This document shows positions 40,951 through 50,670 of a stretch of DNA of 64,000 nucleotides, piece by piece (position 1 is the first letter of the stretch; every line of letters starts with the position of its first letter). Position numbers and translations under genes: made by a program. Where the stretch lies: positions 1 through 64,000 of the forward strand of contig CAVTZU010000028.1 in assembly GCA_963739305.1 (NCBI GenBank), in the 5' to 3' direction. Origin of the DNA: Candidatus Bathyarchaeota archaeon (GTDB lineage Archaea; Thermoproteota; Bathyarchaeia; Bathyarchaeales; Bathycorpusculaceae). The notes beneath the pieces were generated by a model. The model was given only the letters and a program-made list of their open reading frames with translations. It ran no database searches and had not been told where the DNA came from.

Positions 40951-41116
40951 GAGAAGTTTGAACTTCTCTCCAAACGGTATCGCTTACTGACAAGCTAGAT
41001 TTTCTTTGTAAAGTAAAGGCGAATCATATTAGGATCCAAATATGTTAAGTAGGAAGGTCTAGAAAAAAAGGAAGTAAGAGGCTCTAATACTGCTTCGGGA
41101 GAAGTTTGAACTTCTC
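40951..41116. repeat. pair of GAGAAGTTTGAACTTCTC palindromes (40951-40968, 41099-41116)
   Basis: identical 18-mers with perfect 8-bp arms. Confidence 0.9.
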
Positions 41117-41460
41117 GGAGTGAGAAGGGCTACTTGGTTCTGTGATTCCAATAGGTATGCAGTCCGGTCTATTCCTGCCACGACCACACTTTTTGTAATG
41201 GTTGAGAACTCGAAAAATGTTGAAGAAAAAACGAACCAATAGCACCTCAGCGAGGCGTGCCCACTATTATACGATACTCTTCAGAATCTGAAAAGCGCGA
41301 ATCCAAAAGAAACGAATTTCAAATTCTCATGTATAATCTGTCAAATAGGTTCGCCTTCGTTTCTCTACGGCATTTTTCCCTTAGAAATCGTAAGTCGTCG
41401 AAGTAGGCTAACGCATATAGGATTTAAGCGGCTAGCTGATTCAGGTGAGAGGATGCGTCT

Positions 41461-41811
41461 GTGGACCAAAGGTTATCAGCTATTTATCCTAAACGGAATC
41501 CTGAAGAGCGTTTCATCGCATTAGAAGAGGTCAAAATGCTTCTGAAGTCTAGGCTTGTCAACGTAGATTGTATGCTTGAAGTCCTTTTCAAATCAAATTA
41601 TGGATGCATTGACTTCAACATTGGCGACATCGCAATTCAATTTGTGCGCGGTTTTGGAGTGTGGTCTGAAAGAAGGGATGTGATTCAAATGACAGTTGAG
41701 CTTCAAAAAGATGATGTTGGAGAAATAATTGGATATGAGTATACCCTTGTTGAACTTGGGAGGATAAACGCGCAGAAACTAGCAAAATCAGACATTCGGG
41801 AGGAGGGCTGA
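41461..41811 (+). CDS. hypothetical protein
   Basis: 116-aa ORF abutting the downstream eS31 paralog. Confidence 0.6.
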   Translation: MDQRLSAIYPKRNPEERFIALEEVKMLLKSRLVNVDCMLEVLFKSNYGCIDFNIGDIAIQFVRGFGVWSERRDVIQMTVELQKDDVGEIIGYEYTLVELGRINAQKLAKSDIREEG

Positions 41812-41973
41812 TTGAAAGCTCACTATGCCATCGAGAACGGTAGAATCTTGCGGACCAACCCCTTCTGTCCGAGATGTGGTGAAGGAGTTTTTATGGCAGA
41901 CAAAGGTGAATGGTGGTCATGCGGAAAATGCGGAGACAGATACAACAAGAAAGCTTTTGCGCGTCGCTGCTGA
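41812..41973 (+). CDS. ribosomal protein S27ae (eS31) paralog, Zn ribbon
   Basis: SD GGAGG, TTG start, MKAHYAIENGRILRTNPFCPRCGEGVFMADKGEWWSCGKCGDRYNKKAFARRC; not in the ORF track. Confidence 0.8.
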   Translation: MKAHYAIENGRILRTNPFCPRCGEGVFMADKGEWWSCGKCGDRYNKKAFARRC

Positions 41974-42036
41974 AATTGACTCCATATAACAAAAACTGAT
42001 TTAATGCCGCTCAAAGCAAGACTTGGTGAGAAGGAA

Positions 42037-42590
42037 TGTTGGTGAAAGCAGATCCTAAAGACATTTTCCAAAAATTCATGAAGGATTCCGAGATCAAGGG
42101 TTCTTGACCAAACGCACGATACCAGGAATGACAAAGATCCTGAAGAGATATTTCTTTGAAATGGGAAAAAGCATGGGCTTCGAACCCTTGACAACAATGA
42201 GCGGAAAGGAGAAGAGCTTCGAGTACCTGTTAGATCTCTGTTGGAATGTCATAGATCAGAAGGAAATATGGCTTGAAATGGTATTGGAAAGCGAATTGAG
42301 TGAGCGAAAAGTTGAGAGTACTTTATACGACTTCGAGAAGCTAACTGACGTGAAAGCCTTCCTCAAAATCGGAATTTTCCACCCACAAATCAAGCGAGTT
42401 GAAGAAATAGCGTTAAGATGCGCCGAATTGATAAGGCGACACAGGATCAAGATCACGGGAACAATACTTGGTGATTTTCTTGACCGAGAGACAGAGAAAC
42501 AGAAGATGGTACCTGAAAGCCTCTGGTTTGCTGTTTGACAACATGGGCAAAGCCAAGATGAAAATGCAAGAGAAAGAATTCGACTGGTGA
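42037..42590 (+). pseudogene. frameshifted PD-(D/E)XK nuclease-like gene
   Basis: LDLCW...LESEL...YDFEKLTDVKAFLKIGI in 42104-42538; apparent C-terminus EQYLVIFL..FDW* in another frame. Confidence 0.5.
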
Positions 42591-42675
42591 AGGCGCGCAC
42601 GAGATGATGGGCTTTAAACCTTTCGCAAAATCGATATTGTTAAGTTATTTGTGGCGCGCGCAAAAATTAGAAAAG

Positions 42676-43197
42676 CTAGTCTACCACAAATGACTTAAGA
42701 GTATCCGCAACATCCGTGAGCGTTCGATTGCATTGTGCGATCAGTTTTCCTAAGCACTTTGCATACTTTTTATCTTCGATCAGACCTTCCCATGCCCTTA
42801 TGTCTTCATCTTTTGGTTTTTCGTTGTTCATCTCTGTAATTTGAGCTTGTAATCGACTGCATTCTTGCTTCCAACCCGTTTCCTTAGATTCGAGTTCTTT
42901 AACGAGTTGAAGTGCGATCTCCGCTTGTTTTCGTTTTATTCTGTAGTATGGCAGAGTCTTCTCGAGAAAAGCCCTCTGTATCCCCATTATCTTCAGAATC
43001 CAGTAGTACATTGTGTTTCGTTTTGACGGCTCCTTGAAGGTCTTCTTATACACTGTACCACCGTATCTCGAAAGGGCCTTCACAAAGTCAGCATCAGTCT
43101 GTCCAAGCACGATCGCTATTGCGTATTTGCCTGACTTCAAGATCGAACCATCGCCGTCGAAAATGCCTGCGACGTACGCTGCTTGATCACTTCTCAT
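42676..43197 (-). CDS. free-standing single-motif LAGLIDADG homing-endonuclease-like protein
   Basis: AAYVAGIFDGDGSI, LPYYRIKRKQAE. Confidence 0.8.
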   Translation of the reverse strand: MRSDQAAYVAGIFDGDGSILKSGKYAIAIVLGQTDADFVKALSRYGGTVYKKTFKEPSKRNTMYYWILKIMGIQRAFLEKTLPYYRIKRKQAEIALQLVKELESKETGWKQECSRLQAQITEMNNEKPKDEDIRAWEGLIEDKKYAKCLGKLIAQCNRTLTDVADTLKSFVVD

Positions 43198-43399
43198 ATC
43201 TTCGAAATGTTTGCTTGCTTGAAATCTCTGTCTGTAGAGACTCTCTTCCCGTTTGCATCGCCTCCTGCGTAGTTATTGGCACCTCACCGACTTGATGACT
43301 AACCAATTCCCAACTCGCCGAATCTGGATTAAGGATAGCAATATCGATTTTCTAGAAGTATAATAAAGCGGTTGCGGGGGCGCGCTGGAATAGGAGATA

Positions 43400-44310
43400 C
43401 TACGATTGCAGATTTCTCTCGTATGCTTGCTTTATTAATTCAACAGCATATGTCACCTGATCGCTTGAACGGACCTTAAACCTAATGTCTCCCGTCGCCC
43501 AATGGCCTACGTTGCTACAATCTTCTGCGATGTGAGCTGGGTCGCGTAAATCGTTAATTGGGACATCGAGGTACACCTTGACGGCTGAAGATTGTATTAC
43601 GAATTCCGTGAAGTTACGCTTCATTTCGTATGCAATGTAATGTTTCTTCACTTTTTCCCGTATATCGGGGTTCATGTCATAAAATCGATGTTCAATTTTC
43701 TCAAATATGCCCTTGATGACGTTGTTCTTCTTGCCGAGGCGGTCATCAGAGTATACACTTTGATTTCCTTTCTTATTCGCGCGGTAGGGTTACTTGTCCG
43801 AAAACCAGAAACCTGCCCAAACTGTGGCTTCAGTCGTCTAAGAAATCACAGGGCCTTCGAAAAAATATACTTCCACTATTTAAATGGCATGTTCGGGTTC
43901 GAAGCGCCTAACTGATAGGCGTTAAATGATTTCGCAATAAAGATTATTTTAGACTGGAACCAATCAACGTCCATTCTCACATTAATTCTTCGCTCAAGGG
44001 CAAGCTGGAAATCCCCCTTATGGCTCAAAAGCAAGTTGAGATACGAATAGCCCTGATCTATTAGGCTGTAGTCCTCGGATTCTTTGTATTCGATTATGAC
44101 CAGCGATTTGCTTTCTGGGTCGAATGCAACAGTGTCTATGCGAAAGGGCGGAACATTTCTATATTCGGTTTCAACAAACCTCAGTCCAAAAATCTCCTCA
44201 AGGTTATTTTCAACGAGCGTTTGAAGTTCTTTCTCGTTCCTGATTTTGGAAGTGCTAATTAACTTGACCTTTCCGTTTATCACCTTGAATAATGTCACGA
44301 ATCTCACCAC
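43400..44310 (-). pseudogene. NucS-like endonuclease + DUF5655 protein, disrupted
   Basis: EKELQ..RIDTVAFD..IIEYK (43876-44310), stop in PFK*WKY, then KKHYIAY..VGHWATGD (43400-43675). Confidence 0.8.
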
Positions 44311-44445
44311 AGTTTACAAGTTTATTGTTTCACTTTCTTGTCAATTTAAATCTTAGTGAACAGTGCGCGCTTAGAATGTGCTAAAACGATGGTTATTCTA
44401 CGTATCGGAGAGAAATTGCGCGCGCGACTTGCTGCCACTCCGCAT

Positions 44446-46848
44446 TTAATGACAAACCACATCTATCTGTTGTCTGCAGCCAGCGTTCGGACATCTCAGT
44501 CTTTTCATGTCTTGGTAATATTTGAGAAATGCGCCACAATCAGGACAACTAAAATCCAGATGCAATTCATGAATGGCAATGCAAAATCTCCTTACTTCTT
44601 CTATCGAAACGTTTTCCGCTTCCAGATTATCATGAGACAGAAGATTTCCCATTATTGTTGTGGCCTCCAGTTCTTGGAAGCATTCAGAGGTTTTTTGCTT
44701 GAATGCGCTATCAACTAGAAGTGTTTCCAATCTTGCTTTTGCTGGTGTAAACAAGTCAGCGACAGTGTATCCGCTCGTCTTGAAGATTGGGCGAGCCATT
44801 ATGTCCTCACAAATGTTCTTCAGAAGCCACTCTAGATAACGCCTCCCTTCGTTTGCTGCTCCTGATCTGTCACTTGAACCGATTTTACTCTCTATGTATT
44901 CCCAACGAGGCTTGAAAGGCTCGACTATCGGACCTGTTTCAAGAGTCCATTTAGTTATTTCCATATTCTTGCATTCCCCAGTTATCCCAAAAGCACGTTG
45001 GTTTGCACATAGTTGGTCGTACCATATTGCGTCATGCGTCGTTATGAAGAGCTGATAGTTTCTAAATTGCTCAAACAAGAGTTTGCAGATTAGTCCCCTA
45101 TGCTGTGAATCAATTGTTGTCACGACATCGTCGAGCACTATGAAGTTACAGTCTTTATTGAATTTCTTTGCGAACGCGAGAAAAACACACAGACCCAATG
45201 AATCGAGATGCCCTTCACTTGTAAAGGCTCTCGGGTCCTCTTTGGATCCGAACGATTCAATTTTCAGATCAGTGCTTGCCCTTCGAGCCATTTCAACGTT
45301 AATCTCAACGTTCTTGTGTGGTTCGTTTGGATGAAGCGTTGAATAAAACGTGTTAACGTTTCCCCTGATTGAATCATACACTTCATTCATCTTCATCTTT
45401 TTAGTCTCACAAAAAGCCTCATACACTTTTTTCGCGTCAATGCTTTGTTTCTCTTCTGTGACAAGAGCATCATCAATCTCTCTTAGTTCTTTGACCAGAA
45501 CGCTGACTTTGTTCGCGAGGTCAATCACGTTCATCTTCTCTTTCCAATCCCTTGTGACTCCGATTTCTTTGAACAGCTTTTTGCATTTCGTGCGCGAGAG
45601 TCTTATCAGCCTCTCGACTGTCTTCATATATTCTGCGAATTGATCGACTGACATCTCTTTCTCTAGTTTGAGCTCCTTGGCTAACTTGAGTTTCTCTTTG
45701 AGTTTCGTCAATCTTTCCCGTGCTTTTTCAAGACCTGTGCGTGTCCTGTTCAGCTGTTCAAGTGGCTTGATCTTTTCGCAAACGCTCTCTATGTTTTCCA
45801 AGAGCGAGCCAAGTTTGTCTTCCAGGTCAGAAACACTTTGTCTGACTTCGGTTGCCTCTTTCGAGAGCCCGCTTAATGTCTGAAGACGACTCTTAATCTG
45901 TTCAATCAGTTTTTGTCTATCGACATCCTGTCCGCAGAAAGGGCAGATGCCTCTTTCATCCTTTTCAACAACCTGTTGCCCTTTCACAAGGAAATCCCTC
46001 AGAAACATTTCCTTCTTGGATTTCTCTTCTAGTAATGGCTTCATTTTGGCGTTAAGCTCACTTAGGCAATCGGTAATTTCATCGTCAATAGAAAAATGTT
46101 CGAGTTCTTCTATGGCCTCGTTGAGTTTCAATACCTGCTCTATGCCAGCAGATTCCTTGAAAGTTTTAAGAAATTCGTCGCTAATCTTGCCAGTATCATC
46201 AAACGATGTCAGAGGTGTGAATTTGACCTTGTTGAGCTTTGTATTCAAAGAATCCAAAGCATGTTTCGCGTCCGCAATATCTTCACTTAGATATCCCGAA
46301 ATGTTTGTCAGAACAGTTTCTCTTCTTTCTTTCCTCATTACAAAGTTGCTGTTCAGCTCTTCAGATGCTCTTTTCATGGCAAGTTCAAAATTGTCCAACC
46401 GCTCTACTCCAATAATGCTTGCAATTGCTCGGAATCTTTCTGCGGGAATGCTCGCGATGAACTTGAGAATTTGCGACCTTCGCAGAACAAACGTCCCTCT
46501 TTGACCTTCCTCAAAGTACTTCAGCATTTGTCCTGATGGTTCAGGTTTGGCTTCAAAAGTGCGCTCTAGCGTTACATTTCCTGGATAGAATGCAACCTTG
46601 ATGCTAACATCTTCCTTATTGAAGTTCTTGTGTGGACCATGTTTCGAAAGAGACAGACTCTGGGTTCCCTCACCTTCAAACATAGACAATTTGCCAGTAA
46701 AAAAGAACTCGAATGCCTCAACTATTGAGCTCTTGCCAGTAGCATTCTCTCCCTTGAGAAAGAAGTTCTTACCATCAAGAATCAATTCAAGATCTGAAAT
46801 ACCTCTAAACGCATGTATGCTGACGGATTTAATGCTGGGCATTTTCAT
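44446..46848 (-). CDS. Rad50/RloC-like ABC ATPase with coiled coil, Zn hook and HEPN-like C-terminus
   Basis: AFRGI, GENATGKSS, CPFCGQ, SEGH, LDDVVTTID, TTHD, GRRYLE...NLLSHDN, terminal CPDC..C..C. Confidence 0.85.
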   Translation of the reverse strand: MKMPSIKSVSIHAFRGISDLELILDGKNFFLKGENATGKSSIVEAFEFFFTGKLSMFEGEGTQSLSLSKHGPHKNFNKEDVSIKVAFYPGNVTLERTFEAKPEPSGQMLKYFEEGQRGTFVLRRSQILKFIASIPAERFRAIASIIGVERLDNFELAMKRASEELNSNFVMRKERRETVLTNISGYLSEDIADAKHALDSLNTKLNKVKFTPLTSFDDTGKISDEFLKTFKESAGIEQVLKLNEAIEELEHFSIDDEITDCLSELNAKMKPLLEEKSKKEMFLRDFLVKGQQVVEKDERGICPFCGQDVDRQKLIEQIKSRLQTLSGLSKEATEVRQSVSDLEDKLGSLLENIESVCEKIKPLEQLNRTRTGLEKARERLTKLKEKLKLAKELKLEKEMSVDQFAEYMKTVERLIRLSRTKCKKLFKEIGVTRDWKEKMNVIDLANKVSVLVKELREIDDALVTEEKQSIDAKKVYEAFCETKKMKMNEVYDSIRGNVNTFYSTLHPNEPHKNVEINVEMARRASTDLKIESFGSKEDPRAFTSEGHLDSLGLCVFLAFAKKFNKDCNFIVLDDVVTTIDSQHRGLICKLLFEQFRNYQLFITTHDAIWYDQLCANQRAFGITGECKNMEITKWTLETGPIVEPFKPRWEYIESKIGSSDRSGAANEGRRYLEWLLKNICEDIMARPIFKTSGYTVADLFTPAKARLETLLVDSAFKQKTSECFQELEATTIMGNLLSHDNLEAENVSIEEVRRFCIAIHELHLDFSCPDCGAFLKYYQDMKRLRCPNAGCRQQIDVVCH

Positions 46849-46999
46849 TCCTTCCCTTAAAGACTTCCAGAAGTTTCTCTTTTGAGTCGAGCTCGTTGTT
46901 TTCCCAGAGCCTTTTCAGCCCAGCTAAAACGTTGGCGGAGACTCTTTCCGCTTCAATCTTCCTGAGGAATTGCTCCAAGACCTCTTGTTCAATGCCCAA
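46829..46999 (-). CDS. 56-aa helical protein overlapping the ATPase start
   Basis: MGIEQEVLEQFLRKIEAERVSANVLAGLKRLWENNELDSKEKLLEVFKGRNENAQH*; not in the ORF track. Confidence 0.65.
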   Translation of the reverse strand: MGIEQEVLEQFLRKIEAERVSANVLAGLKRLWENNELDSKEKLLEVFKGRNENAQH

Positions 47000-47688
47000 A
47001 TCATCACACCATTATCGTGTTTTCGGTTGCGACAGACAGAGTTCAACTATTTCTTTTATCTTCTATTAGGATTTTTGGTTTAACGTGCTTCTCGGAGATA
47101 TCGCAAAGCGCAGTGCGTGCGCCTAAACCCCTAAAAATGAGCGCAAACCCTACGATCTATTTTTCTTAACAGAACAGCGCGCCGCAATCTTCAATTACCA
47201 TGCTTTTCACATTTGTTCGCACTTGATGTTACAATAGTGGACAAACGATCATTTCGGCGCCGATATACCGCGCGTGATACAAACGTTCAGTTTTCATTCA
47301 ATAACACTTATCTATCTGTGTACGACGGCACCTCTTTAAGGGGGGTATGGAGGTGAAAACGGACGAAATCCAAGTACAGGAAACTTTTGCCAAGTGAAGT
47401 TTACGTCGGTGTATCTGGCAGAACTGGACTTCCATATGGTAGAGTCAAATGGTCCAGGAAAAGACGATAGACTGCTTCATCGCTTTTGCCCAAACGGAGT
47501 GTTTCGCGCACTGAAGGCAACACGCGCTGGTGGATGCAAGCGCTACAAGTTTTCTGCAGATGAGTGCACAGAAATCTTAAATTTCCAAGGCAACAGAAGA
47601 CAAACGAGAGGTCCAGGTTGAGTAAAAGGAGAATGATTTGTGGAGATTTAGCCATTGTAGGAATAGTAGCAATGGGACAAGCGGTAAT

Positions 47689-48651
47689 ATGGAAAGCAAG
47701 ACAATCGCAGCTAGCCTCTTTTCTCTATTCTTAGTTCTCAGCCTGGTTTGCTCTTGTTCGGCTCAGAACGAAACTAACACAGCCCACGTATCGGACAAAG
47801 CAGTTTCATTTGTTCTTTCAAACTTCAATTCGACAATAGGCTTATGTTCTGAAGTCCCACACGGGACGCCAAACAGCCAGAATTTCAATGGCGACGTTTT
47901 CTGGATAACAAGCGATAACCTTCTAGCATATGCACTTCTGCAACAGTATAACGCATCAGTGGCCAACACCATACTGCAAACCATGAAAGCCTATGCAGCA
48001 GCTCATACCGACTTGCCAACAGATAGTCGGGGAATTCCCGTAAGCTATAAGCATGAACCCATCATAAACGATTCTTTTCCAGATGACTTTCAACCAAGAG
48101 GATACGTCTATTGCGACCTAACTTTAACTGACTCGTATGAAGTCAAAATTGAAGTGAATAACGGTTCGATCTGGCCAGACTGGCAAAACTATTCTGACGA
48201 ACTGGCATGGATGGGTTTGAGCTGTCTTAACAAAGGGGGCGCGCTCTATTATTCTCAGGCGCAGACACTCTATTATCAGATGATGAGTATGTGGGATGGC
48301 AAAGGATTCAATGACACACAATATCGCCATCTTGGATATTACGAAACATTCAAGCTAGGTCTAGCCATTTACCTAAGAAAAGACTTGGGCCTAAATCAAA
48401 CACAAGCAGAACAGGAGATGGATTCAATTATCCAACTATGCAAGAAAGAAAACGGTGGAATCTGCGTCAACTACAACGACAATTTAGACACTTGGGGAAA
48501 TCCAAATACAGAAACCACCGCATTAATTGGATTAGCTTACACCGAAGTGACTAACCCAATTCCAGAGTTTCCATCATTCCTAATTCTGCCACTATTCATG
48601 ATAGCAACGCTTCTAGCAATCACAGTCTGCAAGAGAAGACGTGTGACCTGA
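47689..48651 (+). CDS. secreted protein with PEF-CTERM-like anchor
   Basis: signal peptide, sequons, C-terminal PIPEFP + TM + KRRR. Confidence 0.8.
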   Translation: MESKTIAASLFSLFLVLSLVCSCSAQNETNTAHVSDKAVSFVLSNFNSTIGLCSEVPHGTPNSQNFNGDVFWITSDNLLAYALLQQYNASVANTILQTMKAYAAAHTDLPTDSRGIPVSYKHEPIINDSFPDDFQPRGYVYCDLTLTDSYEVKIEVNNGSIWPDWQNYSDELAWMGLSCLNKGGALYYSQAQTLYYQMMSMWDGKGFNDTQYRHLGYYETFKLGLAIYLRKDLGLNQTQAEQEMDSIIQLCKKENGGICVNYNDNLDTWGNPNTETTALIGLAYTEVTNPIPEFPSFLILPLFMIATLLAITVCKRRRVT

Positions 48652-49024
48652 GCGAGCCCGATTTGAAAGCAAGCGTCGATATAGAAGGCTGCTCCGCTAG
48701 AGAGATGCACATTCAGAAGACGCCAGAAAACGAAAAATGTTGAACTTTCCAGAGCCAAATAGCGCCGCAGTCCGAAACTCTCTCACCACGACGATACTTT
48801 TTGTGGTGCTTGATCGCGAGTCAACCGTTATGAAACTATTTGCTGAGGTTGAGAACGAACTAACCACTACTGAATCTCTTGTAACACTCGAAAATTGTTC
48901 AACTTTTTACGACCCAATAGCAGCGCAGTTCTGCCTAGGTTCCGAGCTTCCGTACTCTTTACGACCAAGTCACGTAGAACAAACGATTTTTGATTTGATT
49001 TGGCTTTGCTTAACTACCTCCTCC

Positions 49025-49213
49025 GAGAAGCCACGGCTTCTCTCGGAAGTCAAACGACGTTCGTCTTCTACATGATTCCTACCGAGTGGTATGTGGGGAG
49101 TAGCCCTTTCAGAGCTGCCCAGGCTAGGCAGACGACGATGGAAAAGCGAGTTCTCGATCTGAAAAAATGAGGCATCTTCGCTATTACCTCTTACCGAGAA
49201 GTTCGAACTTCTC
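49025..49213. repeat. pair of GAGAAG-N6-CTTCTC palindromes (49025-49042, 49196-49213)
   Basis: GAGAAGCCACGGCTTCTC and GAGAAGTTCGAACTTCTC, both preceded by CC and followed by TCGGA. Confidence 0.88.
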
Positions 49214-49253
49214 TCGGAGCTAAATTGGGATCGAGGTGCAAAAAAAGAGATTC

Positions 49254-50378
49254 TTAAGCCTCGTTTGAGAGCAAGAGTTTTCCAGAGGGCAACGTGGCTA
49301 CGTAGCGAAAGCCTTCTTCTAATTTCTGCCCAAGTTCTGACTCTTTGACGATGACTTGGCATTTTCCGCTTCCAGGCGGGCACTGTTCTGGGTTCTTCTT
49401 GACTTTCTGCCTGAGCATTTGTAATTCTTGCATCCGTTTGAGAACGTCTTCGGGCAAGCGTTTTTTCAACTCTTCGATCTCTTTGGCTCTCTTGTCGAGA
49501 TCGATGTTCCGTGTAAAGCACGTTAGTTCTTGGACTTTCGCGTAGTCGGTCCTTAGAGAGTCCACCGAGACGTATGCGCTCTCGCTCGTGACTTTGCCGA
49601 CGATAAGCTTGAATTTCTCTGTGCTCATAACCGATGCGAGACGGTCGATTAGGAATTTCCTTAGTGCGTGAAACCTTATCCGCTTATCACCTGTCGCTAG
49701 TCCAGCTTTCTTTACCAAACGCTTGACGACGCGTGAAAGCATGATTTCTGAGCTATAATCTAGCATTTGGTCTGACTGCGAAGTTTTCGCTTCGCGCGCG
49801 AGTTTTTCGAGCATCTGCTTAACGATTGGAACCGCGTCGTAATCGAGAAATGGATATGCTTTGACGGATTCTTTTCCCGTGTTCAGGGGGCCTATTCCGA
49901 TCGGTGCTTCGCGCGAGAGGTACGGCTCGAAGTCGCCTCGACGCAGCTTTAAGAAATCTGACGGACGCAGGCCGAGACTCTTGCCGACTCTGATGATATA
50001 CTTCTCTGGCAAGTCGCCTACGTCGTCTAGTTTCCGTAAGTCTTCTGTCGAAAACCTGTAATCTTCTTGCGCGTTGTGCGTTTCTCCGAGCCGTTTTGTC
50101 TCAGTTCGCCTAAATTGCAGTTGAGTTCTGTGGTAGCTAAAGAAACTCCGAGCAGCCGTTATTATGACTCTCGCTGAGTTCGGTGTTAAGCCGCTGTCCA
50201 GTAAGGCCTGTTTGCAAGCCATGACTTTTCGTTCCCAAGCGTACTTTACTTGGTCGTCGGTCGAGCTAACTGACTGCTTGCGATCTGCTAAGATTTCGTC
50301 GCCTGTCATCTTGACGAATCTTAAGAAATGGATAAACGCTTCTGAGTAAGTTCGACTCGTAGACTTTTTCTGAGCCAC
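49254..50378 (-). mobile_element. tyrosine recombinase / integrase
   Basis: LGLRPSDF (R), RFHALRKF (HxxR), IVGK..SAYV (Y); N-terminal core-binding domain; frame stays open to ACG 50435. Confidence 0.88.
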
Positions 50379-50494
50379 TAGCCATTCGTTCGTCGCGTTA
50401 TCGTTTGGGTATGATATTCTTTCTTTGTTTCTCGTCTTCTAACTTCCTTAAGAAGACTAAAGGCACTGCCTCTCGTATAGATTTCCGACAAATT

Positions 50495-50522
50495 AGGTTA
50501 GAAATTTTAAGATTTCTAACAT
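50495..50522. promoter_or_regulatory. 11-6-11 inverted repeat upstream of the integrase
   Basis: AGGTTAGAAAT-TTTAAG-ATTTCTAACAT, arms 10/11. Confidence 0.6.
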
Positions 50523-50670
50523 ACAAAGTCGGTTTGCTTTGTAGCTGCGCCGTAAGAAAAGTTGACTCGCGCGCGCGAATGAGTAGGATTTTGAGTTTAT
50601 GTTTTCATATTTTTTCCTGTCCTGCATTTTAAAATATGCGCACAAACATCTATTCTAGTGGGAAACTACC

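Noticed and set aside
47350-47400. GGAGGTG followed by ACG as a third ACG start
   Set aside because: An in-frame ATG lies just upstream and the ORF stops within a few codons.
48737-49521. ORFs 48737-49075 and 48970-49521
   Set aside because: They run through the palindromic sites or the integrase and have no protein-like features.
50497-50520. Classical integron attC/attI
   Set aside because: GTTAGAA/TTCTAAC do not fit GTTRRRY/RYYYAAC, are in the wrong order, and the integrase shows no recognisable IntI insertion.
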